DNA of 64,000 nucleotides from Bianquea renquensis (GTDB lineage Bacteria; Bacillota; Clostridia; Lachnospirales; Bianqueaceae): NCBI RefSeq assembly GCF_014384895.1, contig NZ_JACRSQ010000001.1, positions 99,493 to 163,492 of the forward strand, read 5' to 3'. Shown piece by piece: positions 58,329 to 64,000 of this stretch (position 1 is its first letter; each line of letters starts with the position of its first letter). The notes under the pieces were generated by a model. It saw only the letters and a program-made list of their open reading frames with translations, ran no database searches and was not told where the DNA came from. The position numbers and the translations under genes were made by a program.

Positions 58329-58652
58329 CCATGGAAAAATCCGCCGGGAGGCGGATTAAAATGAAGAAGCGAAGATTCTTCCAAAGTTCGCGAAGCGAAC
58401 TTATTTGTCCTATGGAAAAATCCGCCGGGAGGCGGATTAAAACGAAGAAGCGAAGATTCTTCCAAAGTTCGCGAAGCGAACTTTTCTGTCCTATGGAAAA
58501 ATCCGCCGGGAGGCGGATTAAAATGAAGAAGCGAAGATTCTTCCAAAGTTCGCGAAGCGAACTTTTCTGTCCTATGGAAAAATCCGCCGGGAGGCGGATT
58601 AAAACGAAGAAGCGAAGATTCTTCCAAAGTTCGCGAAGCGAACTTTTCTGTC
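58329..58652. repeat. Tandem array of four 81-bp repeat units (two hairpins per unit), in frame with the downstream M23 peptidase ORF
   Basis: Units begin at 58331, 58412, 58493 and 58574 with the unit sequence ATGGAAAAATCCGCCGGGAGGCGGATTAAAA[T/C]GAAGAAGCGAAGATTCTTCCAAAGTTCGCGAAGCGAACTT[A/T]T[T/C]TGTCCT. Each unit contains hairpins AATCCGCC-GGGA-GGCGGATT and AAGTTCGC-GAA-GCGAACTT. The same family occurs at 12929-12982 and 40521-40588. Confidence 0.8.
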
Positions 58653-59245
58653 TTGTCCTGGTCTGTATAGTCTATGGATGCAGCCTGCATCAATATGGAA
58701 AGGCTTACCGTGCCGCCGCGGCGCGGGAAATCCGGGTGACGGATGAGACAAAAGCCATGGGAACCATCTATTCGGCGCTGAAAGAGGAAATCCAGATTTT
58801 CCCGGTGGATGCCAGGCAGACGGAGTATACCTTTGAAGACTCCTGGGGGGCCTCCCGATCCTACGGCGGTGACCGCCAGCATATGGGGACGGATATCATG
58901 GACACGCAGAATAGCAGGGGGCGGCTTCGGGTTCGCTCGATGACGGACGGTGTTGTGACCTGCGTGGGATGGAATCAGCTTGGAGGCTGGCGCGTGGGGA
59001 TCACCTCCGACAGCGGCGTATATTACTATTACGCGCATTTGGCCTCCTACGCCTCGGGGTTGGCTGTGGGAAATGAGGTCAAGGCTGGAGAGTGGATCGG
59101 TATGATGGGGGACTCGGGATACGGGGAAGAGGGAACCACAGGACAGTTCGCTGTTCATCTTCACGTTGGCATTCTGTTGGATGAACAGGGAAAGGGCGAA
59201 GAATGGGTGAATCCCTATCCATTCCTGAAATCACTAATTTCATAG
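58574..59245 (+). CDS. Secreted or membrane-anchored M23 (LytM-domain) metallopeptidase
   Basis: HxxxD (..RQHMGTDIMD..) and HxH (..FAVHLHVGI..) M23 active-site motifs and ..YAHL... The start is uncertain. ATG 58574 (the last repeat unit) gives a basic N-region plus hydrophobic anchor LFCLVLVCIVYGC. The ORF track extends it through all four repeats to 58325 (TTG). No convincing RBS is present at any candidate. Confidence 0.7.
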   Translation: MEKSAGRRIKTKKRRFFQSSRSELFCLVLVCIVYGCSLHQYGKAYRAAAAREIRVTDETKAMGTIYSALKEEIQIFPVDARQTEYTFEDSWGASRSYGGDRQHMGTDIMDTQNSRGRLRVRSMTDGVVTCVGWNQLGGWRVGITSDSGVYYYYAHLASYASGLAVGNEVKAGEWIGMMGDSGYGEEGTTGQFAVHLHVGILLDEQGKGEEWVNPYPFLKSLIS

Positions 59246-59357
59246 GCAAGAAAACTGAGAAATCTCTTTACGAACGAACAATCTCTTGTTATAATTGAAT
59301 CAAAAGGGGAAGCAAAAGCGGGAAATGTCGGAATACGGCGTATGAAGGTTAGTGTGA

Positions 59358-59428
59358 ATTTGTGCCGGAGCGTCACAGATAGCTCTGGGGGCAGAATTTG
59401 CCTCTGTCGCTAACGCTCCAGAATGGAG
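59358..59428 (+). ncRNA. Conserved structured 5' leader (copy B) preceding the RelQ-like alarmone synthetase; candidate cis-regulatory RNA or riboswitch
   Basis: Homologous to 55806-55876. The outer helix is GGAGCGT/ACGCTCC (a C-G to T-A compensatory change relative to copy A). CTCC-AGAAT-GGAG can sequester the RBS GGAG (59425-28) 6 nt before ATG 59435. Confidence 0.5.
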
Positions 59429-59434
59429 ATTACT

Positions 59435-60244
59435 ATGGAGATACAGCAGTGGAGGGAATTTTTAATCCCTTACGAGCAAGCAGTGCAAGAGCTTGTGATC
59501 AAATTTCAGAATATTATTCGCGAGTATACAAGCCTTGGACAGTATTCTCCCATTGAACAGGTAAATGGAAGAGTCAAAAAGATATCCAGTATTTTAGAAA
59601 AAGTGGACAAGAAAAATATGGAACTCAGCGACGTGGAAGAGCGGATCGAGGATATCGCCGGCGTTCGAATTATATGCCAATTTGTGGAGGATATCGGGAC
59701 AGTGGTGGACCTCATCCGAGGCCGGCAGGATATGGAGATTATCGCAGAGATTAACTATGTGGCGCACAAGAAGGCGAGCGGGTACAGGAGTTATCACATC
59801 ATTGTAAAGTATCCGGTTCAGACAGTCTTCGGCCGGAGAATCGTCAAAGCGGAGATTCAGATTCGAACGCTGGCCATGAATTTCTGGGCGACCATCGAAC
59901 ACTCCCTGCGGTATAAGTACCAGGGAGGACTCCCGCAGGATGTCCAGGATCGGCTGCAAAAGGCGGCGGAGGCGGCGTACCACATTGACCGCGAGATGTC
60001 CTCGATCCGAAGCGAGATCATCGATGCGCAGGAGGCGTTTAAGGAAAAGTCCAATCTGGTAGGCGATATTCTGAGCAATATCGAGAATATCTATCTGGGA
60101 AGCGAGAAGATCGCCATGCGGGAAGCCCAGGCAGAGCTATTTGAATTGATACGGGAAAATAATCTAGACAAGATGCGCTCCTTTGGGGCCAGAATTGACG
60201 ATGTGGCGCAGCACCACGGCGTGCAGAGTCTATCGGATTTCTGA
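59435..60244 (+). CDS. relQ: Small alarmone synthetase (RelQ/RelP-type GTP pyrophosphokinase, synthetase-only)
   Basis: ..GRVKK..SI.EK...K......DI.GVRIICQF..D.......I......I......Y......GYRS.H.IV.. and ..IQIRT.AM..WA..EH...YK.. RelA/SpoT synthetase-domain motifs without a hydrolase or TGS domain. The start is set at ATG 59435 (a conserved RBS shared with copy A); ATG 59423 is the alternative. Confidence 0.8.
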   Translation: MEIQQWREFLIPYEQAVQELVIKFQNIIREYTSLGQYSPIEQVNGRVKKISSILEKVDKKNMELSDVEERIEDIAGVRIICQFVEDIGTVVDLIRGRQDMEIIAEINYVAHKKASGYRSYHIIVKYPVQTVFGRRIVKAEIQIRTLAMNFWATIEHSLRYKYQGGLPQDVQDRLQKAAEAAYHIDREMSSIRSEIIDAQEAFKEKSNLVGDILSNIENIYLGSEKIAMREAQAELFELIRENNLDKMRSFGARIDDVAQHHGVQSLSDF

Positions 60245-60275
60245 CTGCGCACCGGGGCAAGAGGAGGGACCAAAG

Positions 60276-60743
60276 ATGAAATGTCCATATTGCGGATTTG
60301 AAGATACAAGAGTCATTGATTCCAGACCGTCGGAGGATCGCTGTGCCATCCGAAGGCGAAGACTGTGCGAGATGTGCCAGAAACGGTTTACCACCTATGA
60401 AAAAGTGGAGACTCTGCCGCTGATCGTCATCAAAAAAGATAACACGCGGGAGGTCTTCGACCGGGAGAAGCTCGTGGACCGGGTTATGAGGGCATGCCAT
60501 AAGAGGCCTGTTCCGGTGGCAGCGGTGGAACATCTGGCAGATGAAATCGAAAATACAGCGCTCAATTCCTTCGACAAGGAAATACGCTCCCAGGAGATCG
60601 GGGAGATGGTGATGGAAAAACTGCGAGAATTGGACGAAGTGGCCTACGTGCGGTACGCCTCCGTGTACCGGCAGTTTCGAGACATCGATACGTTTATGCA
60701 GGAGCTGGAAAAGCTTCGCACAGACACAAAGAAAAAGGAGTAG
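60276..60743 (+). CDS. nrdR: Transcriptional repressor NrdR
   Basis: MKCPYCG..DT.V.DSR.......IRRRR.C..C..RFTT.E.VE zinc-ribbon plus an ATP-cone; RBS GAGGAGGG. Confidence 0.9.
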   Translation: MKCPYCGFEDTRVIDSRPSEDRCAIRRRRLCEMCQKRFTTYEKVETLPLIVIKKDNTREVFDREKLVDRVMRACHKRPVPVAAVEHLADEIENTALNSFDKEIRSQEIGEMVMEKLRELDEVAYVRYASVYRQFRDIDTFMQELEKLRTDTKKKE

Positions 60744-60749
60744 GATGGA

Positions 60750-63700
60750 TTGGCAGTGCAGTGGACCCAGGAGCAAAAAGCGGTCATCGACCATCGGGAG
60801 GGAAATTTACTTGTTTCAGCGGCGGCAGGTTCCGGCAAGACGGCTGTGCTGGTGGAACGAATTTTGCAGATGCTGATAGACCAGGAGGATCCTGTATCGG
60901 TATCAGATCTGCTGATTGTGACATTCACCAATGCGGCCGCGGCTCAAATGCGGGATAAGCTGTACAGGGGCATTCTAGCCCGGCTTGAAGAGGAACCCTC
61001 CAACGGGCATTTGCAGACACAGCTGAACCTCATGCAGTACGCTTCCATCATGACGATTCACGCTTTCTGTTTGACTGTCATTCGCGACCATATGACCCGG
61101 ATTCAGGATTTGGATCCGGGGTTTCGTGTTGCGGACGAATCCGAGGCGGAACTCTTAAAGTCCGATGTCCTGGACGCAGTGCTGGAGGAATTCTATGGAA
61201 GAAGCTTGGAGGAGCCGGATACGCCGGAGGCCAAGGAATTCGTATCCTTTGTGGACTGCTATGGGGGGGCGCGGCAGGACTGGAAGATCGAGGACATAAT
61301 CGCAGACAGTACCACCTTTCTTCAAGGATTGCCCGATTGGGAAGCGTGGCTCGATACGGCGGTGGAAAGTTACCAGCTGGAGACGGAACAAGCGATCTAT
61401 GAGACAGGTTGGTACAGGGTGTTGAAAGAGACAGCCAAGAGAAAACTGCTCAAGGCTAGAGGACAATACCAACAGGCGGTGCCCCTTTTCTCAGCAATGC
61501 CGGATGCGGACAAAGCCAAAAAGGGGATCGCCGTCATCCAGACGATCTGTAGTCAGCTGGACGTCATTGTATCGGCCTGGGAGGATAGCCGGTTGGACGA
61601 GCTTTCCGCGCGGTTGCAGTCCATTGACTATGGGCGTATGAACTATAGTGCGTTTAAAGAAGATCCCGATGGGAAGGAGCGGGTGAAGGCCTTAGCTGAT
61701 GGCGCTAAGGCGTTGATCCGGGAGGCAGCTGCCAGTTGGACGTGGATCTGGCCAGGAGAAGAGGCGAGGCAACACATGGCTGAGCTCGCCTATCCGGCGC
61801 TGAAGGGCCTTGCCAGGGTGGTAAAGGCCTTTGACAGGGCGTATGCCGCGGCAAAAAAGGAAAAAGGCATCCTTGATTTTCACGATTTTGAGCGCTATGC
61901 CATGGAAATTTTGCTCTCCAAGAGCGAAACAGGGTACGCGCCATCCCAGGCGGCCAAAGAGTACAGAGCGAAATACCGGTATCTTGTCATCGATGAGTAT
62001 CAGGACAGCAGTGACGTCCAAGAGCTTCTTTTGAGCAGTATCGCTCGATGCGACGAGGCGGGAGGCACATCCAACATTTTCATGGTGGGGGATGTCAAGC
62101 AGAGCATCTATGGGTTTCGGCAGGCCAGGCCAGAACTTTTTCTTGATAAATATGAAGCGTACCGGGAGACGGGGGTGCCCAGAAAAATCATCCTGCAACA
62201 AAACTTTCGCAGCCGGCGGGAGATTCTCGAGGGGATTAATTTTATATTCCGCGCTCTGATGTGCAGAGAGAGTGCTCAGATGGAGTATACAGAGATGGAA
62301 GCGCTGTACGCGGGACTGGAGTTTCCTCCCTGCGAGGAGGAAGGCGCCGTGATAGGTGGACAGCCGAATGTCAGCGTACTGGAATTTCCCAAGGCTGAGG
62401 AGGAGAGACAAGAGGAGGATCCGCGGACGGCGCGGCAGCGCCTGGAGGTGGAGGCGGCTTTTGTAGCGGAAAAAATTCAGGCGATGGTCCAGCCGGAATC
62501 CCGCTATCGGGTGTGGGATGATACCATTGGGCACTACCGGCGGGTTCAGCGGCGGGATATCGTTATTTTGTTGCGCTCGGTCAAAGGCGTATCCGACATT
62601 TTTCTCCAGGCGCTTTCGCAGCGGGAGATAGGGTGCTATACGGAGACGGAAGCTAGTTTTTTCCAGACCCAGGAGGTTCAGCTGATGCTGAATTTACTCC
62701 AAATTTTGGACAATCCGCTGCAGGATATCCCCCTGGTGGGAGTCTTGTATTCTCCAATCTTTGGCTTTACCGCCAGTGAACTGGCGGCCATCCGGGTCGA
62801 GAAGAGGGAGGCGCTTTTTTATGATGCGCTGTGGGAATATAGTCAACGGGGACAGGAAGCGGCGTTGCGGCAAAAGGCGGAGGCGTTTTGCCAGTGGCTA
62901 GGGAAGTGGAGAAGTCTCGCAAAATCTCTGTCCATCCACGATCTGCTCTGGTCGCTGTATCAGGATACGGATTACTATGGTTATGCGGCGGCGATGCCGC
63001 AGGGAGAGCTGCGGAGGGCGAATCTGGACCTTCTCCTTGAGAAGAGCATCGAATATGAGAAAGGCATCTTCAGTGGCCTTTTCAATTTTCTCCGCTTTAT
63101 GGAGAAGATGAAAAAACGGAGCCAGGACATTGAGGAGGCCAAAATCATGGGGGAAGAGGAGGATGTGGTGAGGATTCTCAGTATCCATAAGAGCAAAGGG
63201 CTGGAATACCCAGTGGTTTTCGTCTGTGGCTTGGGGCGCCAGTTCAACGCGCAGGATTCTAGAAAGGCGCTGTTGTATCACCGGGCGTTAGGGATTGGAG
63301 CGCAAGCGATTGACCCGATTCACTATATCCGGTATGAGACTCCGGCAAGGGAGGGAATCAAGGAGCAGATCCGAAAGGAAACCCTAGCTGAGGAGATGCG
63401 AGTTCTGTATGTGGCCATGACGAGAGCGAAGGAATATTTATTTTTAACAGGGACAAGCACGGATCAGAGAGGGAGAGAGGAAGAGAAAGAGCGGGACTGG
63501 AAACTGTCGCCCTACGAGGCGTTGGACGCCAAATGTTATCTGGACTGGCTGTTGCCCATTCTGGATCACAAAGAGGGATCGGCGATCCGCACAGTCTATA
63601 GAGCCTATACAAAGCCAGCGCTGGAAGGCGAAGAGGGGGAAGAGGCGGCAGAGGACGAGACGGTCCCCGAAGAGGACATTCAGAACTGGGATGAAATATT

Positions 63701-64000
63701 CGAAGAAAAATTCGGATGGTCCTACCCGCGGGTGTGGAAACAGAAGATGGGGGTGCGCATCTCTGTTTCCGAGCTTAAGCGTTCTTACGAGGAACGGCAG
63801 GAGGAGTCTGTATACTGGACGGCTGCCGTGCCACAATCGCCGGAGGAGGCAAAAGGAGGCGCCAGGCGGGGGACAGCTTTTCACGATGTGATTTCGAAGC
63901 TGGATTTACAGCGCCTGCGTACAGAAGAGCAAATTCGAGAGCAGCTGCAAGGGTTGGCGGCTCGGGGGAGACTGTCGAAAGAAAGCCTTGATCTGGTCAA
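60750..64000 (+). CDS. addA: ATP-dependent helicase/nuclease subunit A (AddA; UvrD-like helicase + C-terminal nuclease), 3' end lies outside the window
   Basis: An ORF of more than 1080 codons that is not in the supplied ORF track because it has no in-window stop. It reads ..QWTQEQKAVIDHREGNLLVSAAAGSGKTAVLVERI.. (motif I), ..VDEYQDSS.. (II), ..FMVGDVKQSIYGFRQA.. (III), ..LQQNFRSR.. (IV), ..LSIHKSKGLEYPVVFV.. (V) and ..LYVAMTRAKE.. (VI). The only in-frame starts before motif I are TTG 60750 (AAGGAG 9 nt upstream) and GTG 60756; ATG 60745 is in the +1 frame. Confidence 0.85.
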   Translation, partial: MAVQWTQEQKAVIDHREGNLLVSAAAGSGKTAVLVERILQMLIDQEDPVSVSDLLIVTFTNAAAAQMRDKLYRGILARLEEEPSNGHLQTQLNLMQYASIMTIHAFCLTVIRDHMTRIQDLDPGFRVADESEAELLKSDVLDAVLEEFYGRSLEEPDTPEAKEFVSFVDCYGGARQDWKIEDIIADSTTFLQGLPDWEAWLDTAVESYQLETEQAIYETGWYRVLKETAKRKLLKARGQYQQAVPLFSAMPDADKAKKGIAVIQTICSQLDVIVSAWEDSRLDELSARLQSIDYGRMNYSAFKEDPDGKERVKALADGAKALIREAAASWTWIWPGEEARQHMAELAYPALKGLARVVKAFDRAYAAAKKEKGILDFHDFERYAMEILLSKSETGYAPSQAAKEYRAKYRYLVIDEYQDSSDVQELLLSSIARCDEAGGTSNIFMVGDVKQSIYGFRQARPELFLDKYEAYRETGVPRKIILQQNFRSRREILEGINFIFRALMCRESAQMEYTEMEALYAGLEFPPCEEEGAVIGGQPNVSVLEFPKAEEERQEEDPRTARQRLEVEAAFVAEKIQAMVQPESRYRVWDDTIGHYRRVQRRDIVILLRSVKGVSDIFLQALSQREIGCYTETEASFFQTQEVQLMLNLLQILDNPLQDIPLVGVLYSPIFGFTASELAAIRVEKREALFYDALWEYSQRGQEAALRQKAEAFCQWLGKWRSLAKSLSIHDLLWSLYQDTDYYGYAAAMPQGELRRANLDLLLEKSIEYEKGIFSGLFNFLRFMEKMKKRSQDIEEAKIMGEEEDVVRILSIHKSKGLEYPVVFVCGLGRQFNAQDSRKALLYHRALGIGAQAIDPIHYIRYETPAREGIKEQIRKETLAEEMRVLYVAMTRAKEYLFLTGTSTDQRGREEEKERDWKLSPYEALDAKCYLDWLLPILDHKEGSAIRTVYRAYTKPALEGEEGEEAAEDETVPEEDIQNWDEIFEEKFGWSYPRVWKQKMGVRISVSELKRSYEERQEESVYWTAAVPQSPEEAKGGARRGTAFHDVISKLDLQRLRTEEQIREQLQGLAARGRLSKESLDLV

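Noticed and set aside
58329-58652. Possible CRISPR array (regular 81-bp periodicity with a palindromic core)
   Set aside because: The units are contiguous and nearly identical over their full length. No unique spacers alternate with the repeats and no cas genes are nearby. This is a tandem repeat, not a CRISPR array.
58214-59164. 316-aa minus-strand ORF covering the repeat array and the M23 gene
   Set aside because: Its periodic translation (ASRTLEESSLLRFNPPPGGFFHRTEKF x4) is just the reverse frame of the repeat. The plus-strand frame carries a complete LytM/M23 domain with catalytic motifs, so the minus ORF is a shadow.
61155-63884. Four minus-strand ORFs (105-280 aa) and an apparently gene-free 3.2 kb at the window end
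   Set aside because: The region is fully occupied by a plus-strand addA ORF. It was missed by the ORF track only because it has no stop codon inside the window, and the minus ORFs are antisense shadows.
1-64000. tRNA, rRNA or tmRNA genes and prophage or IS elements
   Set aside because: No intergenic segment has tRNA-like T-arm or acceptor features (GGTTCGAATCC-type). No transposase or integrase reading frame was seen. Intergenic space is otherwise short.

Overview
This 64-kb window looks like a core chromosomal segment of a high-GC (about 55-60 %) sporulating Firmicute of the Clostridia type. The plus strand carries conserved housekeeping blocks. The first is relA(3')-dtd-MBL hydrolase-hemZ-SASP-tig-clpP-clpX-lonB-lonA-engB. 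The second is a T-box-regulated hisS-aspS pair. The third is mtaB-ireB-ruvX(+DUF1292)-rnj-mltG-O-methyltransferase-U32 peptidase-sigK. The fourth is pta-ackA, and the fifth is yceD-rpmF. The sixth is a complete hisZGDCBAHFIE operon fused to tyrA-aroA-aroC-pheA-rnhA. The last block is relQ-like SAS-nrdR-addA(5'). Three lower-GC accessory pockets are interleaved. (i) 25.9-31.2 kb holds a GH2 hydrolase, a histidine kinase/OmpR regulator pair and a DUF3990/DUF3791-HTH module. (ii) 37.0-39.7 kb holds an SH3/papain-like secreted peptidase, a HAD hydrolase and an Sfp-type PPTase. (iii) 53.5-59.3 kb holds a long AT-rich intergenic region, two exported proteins, a LanFEG-like ABC-2 exporter and a secreted M23 peptidase. 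No rRNA, tRNA or CRISPR array was found. The strongest signals are: (a) two near-identical ~75-nt leader motifs (55806-55876 and 59358-59428) with a compensatory base-pair change and an RBS-sequestering switch, upstream of the ABC-2 exporter operon and of the RelQ-like alarmone synthetase, a candidate unclassified cis-regulatory RNA or riboswitch; (b) a 4 x 81-bp tandem repeat that is in frame with the 5' end of the M23 peptidase gene and belongs to a dispersed two-hairpin intergenic repeat family seen at three or more other loci; (c) an in-frame RuvX-DUF1292 fusion; (d) a Cys-rich unknown protein heading an NfeD-flotillin operon; (e) a DUF3990/DUF3791-XRE pair whose promoter carries a perfect 16-bp palindromic operator.
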